Positions 35,957 to 46,074 of a stretch of DNA of 64,000 nt are shown here, piece after piece. The DNA is taken from assembly GCA_019057375.1 (NCBI GenBank), contig DXJF01000097.1, forward strand, positions 22,313 through 86,312. Reading direction: 5' to 3'. This stretch comes from Candidatus Heimdallarchaeota archaeon (GTDB lineage: Archaea; Asgardarchaeota; Heimdallarchaeia; Heimdallarchaeales; Heimdallarchaeaceae). Numbering within the stretch: position 1 is the stretch's first letter; every line of letters begins with the position of its first letter. The notes beneath the pieces are model-generated. The model had not been told where the DNA came from. It saw only the letters and a program-made list of their open reading frames with translations, and made no database searches. The translations under genes were made by a program, and so were the position numbers.

Positions 35957-36715
35957 ATGGAATTAAGGGAAAGTACAGGATTACCTATTATTAGTGAAGA
36001 GACTGTACTAAAATATAGTGAAAGTGAAATTAGTGTAAAAGATGTAATAATTCACAGAACCAAGGACATTTCCAACTTCTTGTTGAAAAAAGAATGGGAA
36101 GGAAAAGATGAGGAAGAAGAAGTGTTTAGAATCTATAAAGGAATAAGGAAAGTAGTAGATAAACACCTTTGGGATGTAATGAGATTTGATTTCTTAATTA
36201 TCCAAGCTGGAAAATTAGGAGAAGAATGTTACAAGACTTCTGGTTACTATAGATCCTTTGCAGGTACAGGATACCGTTTTTCCGAGATCTATCAAGTTGT
36301 TGAAGGATATTCGGAATTCTTAATCCAACAATTCGGGGAGACCCATGAGAAAATTAAAGATGCTGTAATGATAAGGGCACAAAAATTTGATACTGTTATT
36401 GTACCTCCTTCTTACGGAGTTTCGATAATTAATCCAAGTGACCAAAAAGTTGTTCTTGCAAGAATCCGTGCAGACGATGCTAAGGAAATTAAGGATGACT
36501 ATGAAAGAACAAAAGGGGAATGTTATATTAGGGGAGAAGAAGGGAGATGGATGTATAATGAGAACTATCATGAAATACCCAATCTGAGATTAGAACCACC
36601 TCAAAATAAATGGAGATCTTTGAAAAGAGGTATTCCGATTTATAGTATATATGTATACAAACCAAGAATATTTGCACCTTTATTAGAACCAGACCCAGCT
36701 GACTATGTTATTTGA
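35957..36715 (+). CDS. Cupin-type glucose-6-phosphate isomerase family protein (metal ligands degenerate)
   Basis: G.LGEE.YKT.G, EIY.V..G...L.Q, V.VPP.YG...INP. Confidence 0.75.
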   Translation: MELRESTGLPIISEETVLKYSESEISVKDVIIHRTKDISNFLLKKEWEGKDEEEEVFRIYKGIRKVVDKHLWDVMRFDFLIIQAGKLGEECYKTSGYYRSFAGTGYRFSEIYQVVEGYSEFLIQQFGETHEKIKDAVMIRAQKFDTVIVPPSYGVSIINPSDQKVVLARIRADDAKEIKDDYERTKGECYIRGEEGRWMYNENYHEIPNLRLEPPQNKWRSLKRGIPIYSIYVYKPRIFAPLLEPDPADYVI

Positions 36716-36724
36716 TTTTCTCAT

Positions 36725-37216
36725 TTAATCATCTTTTCCATAGATTTCTTCGTCAGTCCAACCTGTTGAACGTTTTAGTAACCATTGTATTTGTCCTAAG
36801 TGTCTATGTTCATGATTAATTAGTCTAATTAAATAAATTCGTCGTTGCATTTTACCTTTCCACATGTCAATATATTCTTCTTCTTGCTCAGATGTTAAAG
36901 AGGATAGGTTTTTACTTAGTAATGGTGATATTTTGTCAAATTCCTCGATTAAATTATCTAAAGATACTTGATCATGTATTTCTTCTTCAAGATCAATTGC
37001 AAGTTGAGATGGTTTTTGTGATTCAGTGGGGAGTTTGTCTAACATCCATTGAATGTTCATTAAGAGATGCCTGAAAATTAGTTCCGGACTCCAAGTTTTT
37101 TCAGTTTGTTTATAATGAAAGTGCTTTTTGAGAACTTTAGAAAAAAAACCAAGAAGTTTTTTCCTATCCTCTTCAACAATGCTATAGAGTTGTTGTATTG
37201 AAACCATAACTATCAA
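36725..37216 (-). CDS. DinB/YfiT family protein
   Basis: WS...I.RH and HE.RHLGQI motifs. Confidence 0.8.
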   Translation of the reverse strand: MIVMVSIQQLYSIVEEDRKKLLGFFSKVLKKHFHYKQTEKTWSPELIFRHLLMNIQWMLDKLPTESQKPSQLAIDLEEEIHDQVSLDNLIEEFDKISPLLSKNLSSLTSEQEEEYIDMWKGKMQRRIYLIRLINHEHRHLGQIQWLLKRSTGWTDEEIYGKDD

Positions 37217-37345
37217 CTAGATTTAGTATTCATACACTCTTATAATTTTTCTACAAATGAGAGCAAAAGAAGTAAGGAAAGAACAAAATAACTAAAAAGA
37301 GAAGTGTAAAAAGATAATAGTAGAATGCGACTAGATAACAAGAAG

Positions 37346-37455
37346 TGGTGGGGCATAGCAGATTTGAACTGCCGACCCCCCGGTTTTTGAGTTAAATGCT
37401 TAACAAACAAATAACATATCAGCCGAGTGCTCTAACCAAGCTGAGCTAATGCCCC
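37346..37455 (-). tRNA. tRNA-Ile(GAT) with 32-nt intron at 37/38 (37385-37416), CCA encoded
   Basis: GGGGCAT/ATGCCCC acceptor, CTCGG-CTGATA[intron]A-CCGGG, GTTCAAAT. Confidence 0.95.
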
Positions 37456-37641
37456 GTTCTTACTGCATTCTTCCTAATTTATTACTTTTAAAAATGTTTT
37501 CTTATAATTCTAAAAAAGAAAAGAAAATGCATAGTAATAAATTAAAGCACCCATACTTTCACGTTACAAGCTAAAGAAAGAAGGAACATGGTTAGTCTAT
37601 TGTAAGACATTTTTTTATGCTAATCTCTCCTAAGAAGAGTT

Positions 37642-37863
37642 CTACTCACTGTCATTCTTTGAGGTGTAAAATGGAGATTTTTTTTCGTTTTTCAACATTC
37701 GAATCAATCTATCCATCCCTTCAATTTCTTCTACACTTACTCTTGGTTTTTCCTGTAATAAATCCTGAAATCTTAAAATCTTATTTCTACTGTCCACACT
37801 AATCTCTATCTTAGGGTTTGATTCTGTTAATTTTTCAGATTCCTCTATCATTTGCATAACCAT
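37642..37863 (-). CDS. Small hypothetical protein, paralogue A
   Basis: Shares DLL.EKPR.SV.EI.....LI.MLKN with 38060-38269. Confidence 0.75.
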   Translation of the reverse strand: MVMQMIEESEKLTESNPKIEISVDSRNKILRFQDLLQEKPRVSVEEIEGMDRLIRMLKNEKKSPFYTSKNDSE

Positions 37864-37897
37864 TTGTTACTTTAGTTCCCAACCCTATTTTGCATAA

Positions 37898-37958
37898 TGA
37901 TAGGATGTATTACTTACGTATTTGCCAGATGAATATAAAGGACAATTAAAATTCTATA
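37898..37958 (-). promoter_or_regulatory. Duplicated upstream motif set, copy A
   Basis: TGATAGGATGTATTACTT (37898-37915), GACAATTAA (37941-49), TATA (37955-58). Confidence 0.6.
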
Positions 37959-38059
37959 CTGTACTTCTTTTGTAACTTTATGAGACCATCAAATGAATTT
38001 GATGATTCCATTGAAGCTGGTGCTGATTTTTTTCTTTTTTTGGGCAGAACACTAAGTAA

Positions 38060-38269
38060 TTATTTTCCAGTACTTTTTGGAGGCTTATACGAGAATTTTG
38101 CAGCGTTTTTTAGCATCTTTATCAGTTTGTAGGTATCGTCTATCTCTCTTACACTAGCTCGAGGTTTTTCTGTAAGCAAATCTTCTATTTTGAGAATAAC
38201 TCTCCCTTTATCTGGTTTTGCAGACAACTTAGGAATAGATTCAAGTGTTCGTTCTATTTTTTTAACCAT
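38060..38269 (-). CDS. Small hypothetical protein, paralogue B
   Basis: Shares motif with 37642-37863. Confidence 0.75.
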   Translation of the reverse strand: MVKKIERTLESIPKLSAKPDKGRVILKIEDLLTEKPRASVREIDDTYKLIKMLKNAAKFSYKPPKSTGK

Positions 38270-38320
38270 TCAGAATCACAGTACTTATTTCTTAGTCTTA
38301 AGAGCTTAACTATTTTCTTT

Positions 38321-38381
38321 TGATAGAATGTATTACTTGGATATTCATTATTTGCTTGTGAAAGACAATTAACGTTTTATA
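38321..38381 (-). promoter_or_regulatory. Duplicated upstream motif set, copy B
   Basis: TGATAGAATGTATTACTT (38321-38338), GACAATTAA (38364-72), TATA (38378-81); same spacings as copy A. Confidence 0.6.
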
Positions 38382-38402
38382 GTAACTTTTCACTGTTTTC
38401 AT

Positions 38403-38822
38403 ATGTCTCCATCAAAAGAATCAGATGCTTCTGTCGCTGCAGGAGCTGACTTACTTCTAAAGGGTTGGAAGATGATCAATAAGGCATGCCCTGTTTGTGT
38501 AGAACCTCTTTATGAAAAAGATGGAAAAGTTGTTTGTGTAAAATGTAAAAAAGAATATGTTCTGGTGGATTCAAAATCTGAAATGCCCCCAACTAAAACA
38601 TCAGAAGCTCAACAACCAGCAGCAAGTTCTTCACCAAACAATTTCAGTTCATATGATTTCAGCTCTTTACCTCCTGCTTTAGCAGATACCGCAAAGATAA
38701 TGCTGGAAAAAATAACCGATCTGAATGCCAAATTAAAAGAAACATCAGATCCCAAAGAGATATCATCAATTTCTTCTTCAATTCGTTCTCTTATTGATTC
38801 TCTCCGTTCTCTGAATTCTTAG
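38403..38822 (+). CDS. Sjogren syndrome/scleroderma autoantigen 1 (UPF0148) Zn-ribbon protein
   Basis: A.LLLKG.KM....CP.C..PL...G...C..C. Confidence 0.85.
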   Translation: MSPSKESDASVAAGADLLLKGWKMINKACPVCVEPLYEKDGKVVCVKCKKEYVLVDSKSEMPPTKTSEAQQPAASSSPNNFSSYDFSSLPPALADTAKIMLEKITDLNAKLKETSDPKEISSISSSIRSLIDSLRSLNS

Positions 38823-41280
38823 GTTCTTTTTTTACTTTTTCTCTTTTTAAGAACTCTAATTCATCCTTCATACCCTTTATCTCTTCTCCCGTCTCAATTT
38901 CGTTATAGTTTGTATAAATAAAATCAACTATGTCAGAAGCTATTTTCTCACCAACACCACGTACTTCAAAGAAGTCCTCTAATTTCGCATTCATAATTTC
39001 TTTAACCGACCCAAAATGCTTCAACATTCTACTAGCTATCTTGTGGTCGACATGTGGTAACGAAGCAATAGCTTCCTCTAACTGCGACTTAAGACCTATT
39101 CCCTTTCTCTTACCAATTGAAATACTTCTTTTTCTCTCTTCTTGTTCTCTTCTTGCCAAAGCAAATAGAATTTCTGCTGTTTCTTTCTGATTTTGAGTGT
39201 GAATAATTGGGAGTCTGAAATCTGTAGCTAAAGAAGTTAAAGCTCCAGCAAGTGCATGTGGGTGAAGTGACGAACTGAATAAATTGAAGTCTCCTTCTAA
39301 AATCATTACAGGTTTTGCACAACTCTCAACTAACACTTTTGTTTGTGAGAATAATCTCTTATCTAGAATTGATTTGATGAAATCATCACCTGTTTTTCTC
39401 TCAACTACAACTTGGTCTGAACAAATGTAGTCACCAATATCCAATCTTTCAAATCCTAGTTCTACATCTTTGTTCATCAATTCTTTAATAACGACTGAAT
39501 TTCTTTCTCTACTATCACAAATTACTTTGATTTTTCCCTTTTCTTTAACGAATTTAACATCTTTAGTTTCTTTTTCGAGGTTTTCTGGTTCTTCTAGTTT
39601 TTCTTCTTGATATTCTTGTGTCTTGGTTGAAACTTTTTCTGCTTCTTTGAGAAAATCCATAATTCCCTTTTGTTTATCTTTCGTTGCTGTTTCTTTCTTT
39701 TTTAAGGGTCTTTCAAGCCTCTTCACGAGTTTTTTCATTTTTTGTGCTTGTCTCTTAGATGCCCACATGTATGCTTCATCTCTAGTTCCCTCAGCGATGA
39801 GCATAATTACTTTTCCTTCCTTTCTTCTTCCTGTCCGTCCCTTTCTCTGAATTAATCTGATAGCACTTGGGACAGCATCATAGAAAATTACTAACTCACA
39901 CTCACCAATGTCTAACCCTTCTTCTGCAACACTAGTTGAAACTAATGAGTTGTAAGTTCCATCTCGAAAAGATTGCATAATTTCAATTTGTTCTTTCTGG
40001 GAAAGACCTTTGTCACCTCTTGCGGAAGATTGCCCCACAAACCAATGGGATTTTATTCCATTTATTTTGTTTAGTTCTTCACTAATTATTTTGGCAGTTA
40101 CTCTGAAATGTGCAAAAATAAGTATTCTGTTGTTTGGATTATTCGATAATTCCTCAGTTACAATCTCTTTTAATCTTTCAATTTTCGGGTGAATATTTTT
40201 CTCTTCTTGAAGAATTTGAACAGATTCTACAACTTGTCGCATTTCATCTGAGAACATTAATTCTTTTAGTGCTCTACTTCCTTTCCCAAACTTAATCTCA
40301 TTAATTTGTTTTTCTAAATATTTACTCAATGAAGGTATTCCTTGTGTTTCAATAAGTTCTATGGCATGAGATAATCGAATTGAATTACCTACTAAAGACA
40401 TGGCTCTGAAGAATTCTGTTCTATCTTCTTGATCTGAATTACTGTAGATTTCATTTACCCTTGCTCTTAACTGTAATAATTCCCTCCTAGGATTATTTTT
40501 TGGGGAGACCGATTTAATAATTTTAAGTTCTTTTAATCCCTCCAGGATAACCTTGAAGAGATCATTTAGCGTATCAATAATTGTTTTAAATTCGTCTGAT
40601 AGTGGAATAATTTCCCAGCTTTCATCAATTTTATGTATATATTGCCTAACATCATCTGAACTTTCATCACGCATTTCGATGTTAGTGATTCCAAGATTAG
40701 ATTGAACTTCATCAATTCTTTCAATTTTTGAACCAGGACTAGCGGTTATACCAAGCAATAAAGGATTGGTTGCTCTTTTAAGATATTGTTCCGCGATGAA
40801 AACATAGCTATGGTCTCCGACAGCTTTATGTGCTTCATCTAAACACAGAAAAATAATTTCTTCCAATTTGACTCTTCTTTGAATTATGTCATTCTGTATA
40901 GTTTGAGGCGTAGTAATGAACACTTGGCCATTATCCCAAATCTCCTTGCGTTTCTTTGGATCAATTTGTCCAGAAACTTGAACAATCTTATCTTGATCAA
41001 TATTTAGTGATTTACGGGTTGTACGCTCATGCTGGTCAAGTAAGGGTTTTGTTGGAGCACAAAAAACGATTTTTCCTTCTGGAAATTTCTCTAATCTCTG
41101 TGCAGTAATCATCAGATAAAGAACTGTTTTACCTAACCCTGTTGGTAAAATAACAAGGGAATTTTCCTTTATACAAGAAGCAAAAAGAGTCTGTTGGTAT
41201 AATCTTGCTTCAATTGTATTTTGCTTAATCAAAGGATGATTTAGGTATTCAGTCTGGTTCATTTTAGACCACAATAACAA
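38791..41280 (-). CDS. hef: Hef: FANCM-like SF2 helicase + ERCC4/XPF nuclease + HhH
   Basis: LPTGLGKT, DEAH, QRKGRTGR, GDY...VERKTGDD, C-terminal HhH. Confidence 0.96.
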   Translation of the reverse strand: MLLWSKMNQTEYLNHPLIKQNTIEARLYQQTLFASCIKENSLVILPTGLGKTVLYLMITAQRLEKFPEGKIVFCAPTKPLLDQHERTTRKSLNIDQDKIVQVSGQIDPKKRKEIWDNGQVFITTPQTIQNDIIQRRVKLEEIIFLCLDEAHKAVGDHSYVFIAEQYLKRATNPLLLGITASPGSKIERIDEVQSNLGITNIEMRDESSDDVRQYIHKIDESWEIIPLSDEFKTIIDTLNDLFKVILEGLKELKIIKSVSPKNNPRRELLQLRARVNEIYSNSDQEDRTEFFRAMSLVGNSIRLSHAIELIETQGIPSLSKYLEKQINEIKFGKGSRALKELMFSDEMRQVVESVQILQEEKNIHPKIERLKEIVTEELSNNPNNRILIFAHFRVTAKIISEELNKINGIKSHWFVGQSSARGDKGLSQKEQIEIMQSFRDGTYNSLVSTSVAEEGLDIGECELVIFYDAVPSAIRLIQRKGRTGRRKEGKVIMLIAEGTRDEAYMWASKRQAQKMKKLVKRLERPLKKKETATKDKQKGIMDFLKEAEKVSTKTQEYQEEKLEEPENLEKETKDVKFVKEKGKIKVICDSRERNSVVIKELMNKDVELGFERLDIGDYICSDQVVVERKTGDDFIKSILDKRLFSQTKVLVESCAKPVMILEGDFNLFSSSLHPHALAGALTSLATDFRLPIIHTQNQKETAEILFALARREQEERKRSISIGKRKGIGLKSQLEEAIASLPHVDHKIASRMLKHFGSVKEIMNAKLEDFFEVRGVGEKIASDIVDFIYTNYNEIETGEEIKGMKDELEFLKREKVKKEPKNSENGENQ

Positions 41281-41406
41281 TTTGCATATGATGTTTTATA
41301 TTTGAATATATAAATAATAGTTCTTTTCTTATCCATTGCTCAAGTTAATGCATCTTGGATACAAAAGTCTTATAATGAAGAAATAATAGAAAGGAGGATA
41401 TCCATT

Positions 41407-42903
41407 ATGAGCTCTAACAACAATGATTCTGAAATACCTTCAGGAACCCAGTTGAAAATCTTTACTCTGGTGAGCGCTGTAGGTGTAGGAGTTTTCATGT
41501 CTTCCTTAGATGCATCTATTGTAGTAGTGATTCTAGAACAGATTGGAGCAGATTTCGATGTTTCTCCACCTATATTACAATGGGTAATACTTTCCTATCT
41601 TCTAACTATGATGGCTTTTACAATGGTTGCAGGAGATTTAGGAGATAGATATAGCAACAAAAGAATTTTCCAATATGGGATGGTTCTTTTTGCAATAGGA
41701 TCCCTTTTCTGTTATTTGTCAATTGAGTTCCTTCTTAGATCAATATGGTATTTAGTCTTTAGCAGAGTAATACAAGCAGTTGGAGCCACTGGAATGATGG
41801 CAAATGGGATGGCATTAGTAACAAGATTTACAACAAAAAAGAATAGAGGAACTGCAGTAGGAATAAACAATGTTGTTATTTCTCTAGCTGTAATCTCAGG
41901 ACCTGTTTTTGGATCTGTTATAAGTCAGTATTGGCATATTGGTGGTGTGTTTTTGATTAATCTTCCAATTGCGGTTATTGGATTGGCGCTGGTACATTTT
42001 AATATTCCAAAAACTCCACCATTAACAGAAAGGAGAACAGCAGATTATCTTGGGTCTTTTCTATTTGCAGTATTTCTAATGATTTTAGTTTTAAGCTTCA
42101 GCGTCTTTCCTGAAACAGACACTATACCTAATGCAAGAATGTGGGCGGGGATAGCCTTTGGTTTCAGCCTTTTTATTCTTCCATTTTTCATATTGTGGGA
42201 AAGAAAAACGTCTTCTCCTCTGATTGATTTCAAGATGTTAAAGAACAGGAAGATTTCAATAGGTTTAGTTACCGCTATATTAAAACATCAAGGGTATATA
42301 GTTATTATTTTTCATTTTGTCTTGTTTTTACCGGAATTTGGAATAACGCATACTCCAATAGAACTTGGTTTGGTGCTTGCAGGAGTAGCTGTTGGTATGG
42401 CAATTTTTGCAGCAGTTTCAGGAAAATTATCGAACACAGTTGATGCAAGATATTTATGTACTGGAGCAATGTTGTGTGTTGCTATAATGCTTGCTGTTCT
42501 TTCAGCATTAATTGATGTTAATGCTCATCTGTCACTATATATTGTCTCAGCAATTGTGGTAGGTATCTCTATAGGAATGTTTCAATCCCCCAATGGCAAT
42601 AGTATTATGAGTGCTGCACCAAAGGAAAAACTTGGGATTGCAAGTGCTTTACATGGTTTAACAACTAGTGTAGGGATAAGTTTGGGAACAGCACTTTCTA
42701 CAGCTATTCTTGCTTTGGTAGCAAGTCTTGCTTCAACTAAAAATGGTCTACCTATGTATGGAGAAGTAAATTGGGCAATTGGACTCAAATGGGTATTTGG
42801 AGTATATGCGGTAATGACCTTTTTGGGAGCAGTTCTATCCTATTTCAGAGGACCAGAAGATAGAAGTGATGATGAACCTATAGAAAAAGTAATGAAAACT
42901 TAG
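41407..42903 (+). CDS. MFS transporter, DHA2 (14-TM) type
   Basis: LDASIV, GDLGDRYS, RVIQAVG, FLINLPI. Confidence 0.92.
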   Translation: MSSNNNDSEIPSGTQLKIFTLVSAVGVGVFMSSLDASIVVVILEQIGADFDVSPPILQWVILSYLLTMMAFTMVAGDLGDRYSNKRIFQYGMVLFAIGSLFCYLSIEFLLRSIWYLVFSRVIQAVGATGMMANGMALVTRFTTKKNRGTAVGINNVVISLAVISGPVFGSVISQYWHIGGVFLINLPIAVIGLALVHFNIPKTPPLTERRTADYLGSFLFAVFLMILVLSFSVFPETDTIPNARMWAGIAFGFSLFILPFFILWERKTSSPLIDFKMLKNRKISIGLVTAILKHQGYIVIIFHFVLFLPEFGITHTPIELGLVLAGVAVGMAIFAAVSGKLSNTVDARYLCTGAMLCVAIMLAVLSALIDVNAHLSLYIVSAIVVGISIGMFQSPNGNSIMSAAPKEKLGIASALHGLTTSVGISLGTALSTAILALVASLASTKNGLPMYGEVNWAIGLKWVFGVYAVMTFLGAVLSYFRGPEDRSDDEPIEKVMKT

Positions 42904-43050
42904 TTTGTTTTCATTCTTTCTTTCTAGTTAAGAAAAGTTGACGAAGTTTTTAAAATGGTTTTTATCTTCATGAAAACATAGAGGCTTTATATTAATTGGG
43001 TGTAATCACTCCATTTTTAAAGCAACAAAAAACAGCAATATTAAAGGTTG

Positions 43051-45525
43051 ATGACTGTGAGTGAATTCGTTCCTAGACTAACAGAAAAAACATATGACCC
43101 CCAAACAAAGGATATAGAACTATTCAATATTTGGCAAAAGGAAAAACTGTTTGCATTTAACAAAAACTCAGGAAAGCCAATCTATAGTATAGATACCCCT
43201 CCACCTTATGCAAATGCTCCTTGGCATATGGGTGGCGCTATTCATTATAGTGGAATAGATATGATTGCTAGATATAAACGGATGTCTGGAAATGAAATAT
43301 TGTTTCCAATGTGTTTGGATCGAAATGGATTACCAATTGAAGTTCAAGCTGAGAAAGAATTCAAGGTATCCATGCATGATGTTCCAAGAGAAGAGTTTCT
43401 GAAAATGTGCAAAGGAATATTAGACCGTGTAGGTGATCAAATACTCCATGTATGCAGAATTTTAGGATTCAGTAATAATTCCTTTGAATGGGACGAAGTT
43501 TACAAAACTGACGAAGAACAGTATAGAGCACTAACTCAAGCAACTTTCATTAAGTTGTTCAATGAAAACCAAATTTACGAAGATAATCGCCCTAATAATT
43601 ATTGTACTCGATGTAAAACAACCATAGCAGATAATGAAATTGATTATAAGTCAGGTTCACATTTACTTTATGATATTAGGTTCAAAGTAAAAGAAACAGG
43701 TGAGGAGTTAATTATCTCAACATCAAGACCTGAGTTGATACCAGCTATAGGGGTAGTAATTTTTAACCCAAAAGATGAAAGGTATTTGCATTTAAAGGGG
43801 AAGACCGCTATATCTCCTATATTTGAAGATGAAGTGCCGATTATGCCCCATCATTATGCAAAAGCTGAATTTGGAACCGGTATAATGATGGTATGTGCCT
43901 ATGGAGATTCAGGAGATGTTCAAATATTTAGAGAACTTCAATTAAATCCCCAAACTGTAATAGATACAGATGGTAAGATAACAGAACAAGTACCTGCTTA
44001 TACTGGTTTAACAGTGAAAAAAGCAAAAAAACAAATTGCTATTGATCTTGAAGAACAGGGTTTTATTCTTGAGAAAGCAGATGCACCTCATAATTTTCCA
44101 ACATGTTCTAGATGTAAGAAAGAAGTAGAATTTCTGGCAATGCCTGAGTATTACCTAAAACAAGTAGAATATGTTCCAAAGTTACATAAGTATGCGCAAG
44201 AGATGAATTTTTTCCCACCTTTCATGAGACAGGTTTGGATAGATTGGTTGAACATTGTTTCGATTGACTGGCCAATAAGCAGAAGACGGTATTATGGAAC
44301 AGAAGTACCCATATGGTATTGCAAAAAATGTAATCATCCCAATGTACCTGAACCAGGACCTTATTATCAACCTTGGAAAGATGACCCTCCCTTTGGTACA
44401 TGTGAAAAATGCAATAGCTCTGAGGGTTTTGAAGGTGATTCACGTACTTTTGATACTTGGATGGATTCTTCAATTAGTGAAATATACATAACTAAACATC
44501 CTCACAACAAGAAAGATGAAGAACTATTTAAGGAATTGAACAGCAGACCCTTTATATGTGATATAAGGCCTCAAGGTAAGGATATAGTACGAACATGGTT
44601 ACATTATACTATGTTAAGGGGTCTTCAACTTCATAATAAACCCGCATTTAATCATGCTTGGATTTCAGGACACGTGGTAAATAGTAAAGGCGAAAAGATG
44701 TCAAAAAGCAAAGGAGCTGTTGTACAACCTGAGAAAATGATTGAAAAATATGGTGGTGATGCTGTGAGATTTTATGGAGCAGCTGAAGCAAGTCATGGCT
44801 CTGATATCAGATTCAATCAACAGAGATTACAAGGTATTTCAAAATTCATAAACAAATTTTACAATATTGCAAAATTTGTTAGTAGATTTCCTATAATCGA
44901 AAACGAATCAGAAATTTCTTTACAACCAGCTGATGAATGGATACTATCTGAATTAGCTAAGACAATAGAAGAATCTCAAAAAGGTTATGAGATATATGAT
45001 TTTCAAATACCTGCTAAAACTCTTCGGAATTTTGCTTGGGAAACATTCGCTTCACATTATGTAGAACTTGTAAAAGGAAGAGCTTACAACAGAAATGACA
45101 CATACAACAGCAAAGAACAAAAAGCTGCTTGGTTCACCCTTCATAAAGTTATAAAAGAATTAACTAAAGCTTTTGCTCCTATCATTCCATTTGTTACAGA
45201 TTTGATCTATAGAGGGATTTATGATTCAAGCGTTCACACACAAGCTTTTCCAAAACCTGAAGAGATAATTAAAAAATCAGTGTTCACAAATCTAACATCA
45301 TTACTATTAGAAATAAATTCTGCAATTTGGAAGTTTAAGAAAGATAAGAAACTGCCTTTGAACACTCCGATAAAACAAGCATACTTACCCACAGAACTAT
45401 CTCCTTTGATAGGTGACCTTCAATCGATGCATGGTGTTGAGAGTATAGTAGAAAATATGGATAGTATACAGGAAGGAGAAATAATACACCTCACAGAAGA
45501 AACCATCATAAACTTGAAATTATAG
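43051..45525 (+). CDS. valS: Valyl-tRNA synthetase
   Basis: IDTPPPY, HMGG (HIGH variant), DTWMDS, KMSKS. Confidence 0.95.
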   Translation: MTVSEFVPRLTEKTYDPQTKDIELFNIWQKEKLFAFNKNSGKPIYSIDTPPPYANAPWHMGGAIHYSGIDMIARYKRMSGNEILFPMCLDRNGLPIEVQAEKEFKVSMHDVPREEFLKMCKGILDRVGDQILHVCRILGFSNNSFEWDEVYKTDEEQYRALTQATFIKLFNENQIYEDNRPNNYCTRCKTTIADNEIDYKSGSHLLYDIRFKVKETGEELIISTSRPELIPAIGVVIFNPKDERYLHLKGKTAISPIFEDEVPIMPHHYAKAEFGTGIMMVCAYGDSGDVQIFRELQLNPQTVIDTDGKITEQVPAYTGLTVKKAKKQIAIDLEEQGFILEKADAPHNFPTCSRCKKEVEFLAMPEYYLKQVEYVPKLHKYAQEMNFFPPFMRQVWIDWLNIVSIDWPISRRRYYGTEVPIWYCKKCNHPNVPEPGPYYQPWKDDPPFGTCEKCNSSEGFEGDSRTFDTWMDSSISEIYITKHPHNKKDEELFKELNSRPFICDIRPQGKDIVRTWLHYTMLRGLQLHNKPAFNHAWISGHVVNSKGEKMSKSKGAVVQPEKMIEKYGGDAVRFYGAAEASHGSDIRFNQQRLQGISKFINKFYNIAKFVSRFPIIENESEISLQPADEWILSELAKTIEESQKGYEIYDFQIPAKTLRNFAWETFASHYVELVKGRAYNRNDTYNSKEQKAAWFTLHKVIKELTKAFAPIIPFVTDLIYRGIYDSSVHTQAFPKPEEIIKKSVFTNLTSLLLEINSAIWKFKKDKKLPLNTPIKQAYLPTELSPLIGDLQSMHGVESIVENMDSIQEGEIIHLTEETIINLKL

Positions 45526-45551
45526 GCTATTAAGAACTGGTAATCTGGAAT

Positions 45552-45857
45552 TTACCAGCGGGAAATTTTTTTCTTTACTCTTGTTTCTGGAGTCCCTTTA
45601 ATTATATGTCCTTCAACTAAGATTACTGTTCCATCTGCAATTTTGATTTGAAAAATTTGATTTGACTTAGGAATCCATAAAACCTTTTTTTCAGTTAAAA
45701 CTCTTAAAAGATTAGAAGTTTCCTCTTCAATAATACCTCTTACGCCAATTAAATCTTCAGAGGAACTATGTTTTACTTCTATTTCTAAACCTACCAGTGA
45801 CGAGGAAAGATTTCGCCAAACTCTAGATTTTCGTTTATTACGATTTTCTTTTGACAT
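45552..45857 (-). CDS. rnp1: RNase P protein component 1 (Rpp29/Pop4)
   Basis: L.GL...V..S....G..G.I.EET.N...PK...F...V.G......PE.R. Confidence 0.92.
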   Translation of the reverse strand: MSKENRNKRKSRVWRNLSSSLVGLEIEVKHSSSEDLIGVRGIIEEETSNLLRVLTEKKVLWIPKSNQIFQIKIADGTVILVEGHIIKGTPETRVKKKISRW

Positions 45858-46060
45858 TAAATCTCATCTAGTTCAGTCATAATAGTCACAATTCTTGCAA
45901 TAGCTTTCTTATATTCTTGAATTTGACCTGGATTTTCGATTGAACCACCAGATGATAATTCGGATTGAATTGTAAATAGTTTCTTCTTAAATTCGTCCAG
46001 TTTCTTGAGTCTTTGATTTTTATTCAACTTTCTAATTTCACTTGATTTTATTAGTGCCAC
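45857..46060 (-). CDS. rpl29: Ribosomal protein uL29
   Basis: SSEIR, ENPG.I...KKAIARI.T. Confidence 0.93.
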   Translation of the reverse strand: MALIKSSEIRKLNKNQRLKKLDEFKKKLFTIQSELSSGGSIENPGQIQEYKKAIARIVTIMTELDEI

Positions 46061-46074
46061 ATCATTTCACTCCT

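Noticed and set aside
37946-38059. 37 open codons in frame after the TAA of 38060-38269 (possible readthrough, contains PKKRKK)
   Set aside because: Plausible by chance, it overlaps the next gene's promoter, and the paralogue ends at a similar length.
43051-45525. HMGG instead of HMGH in ValRS
   Set aside because: Within the variation I expect for the archaeal HIGH motif; the rest of the enzyme is intact.
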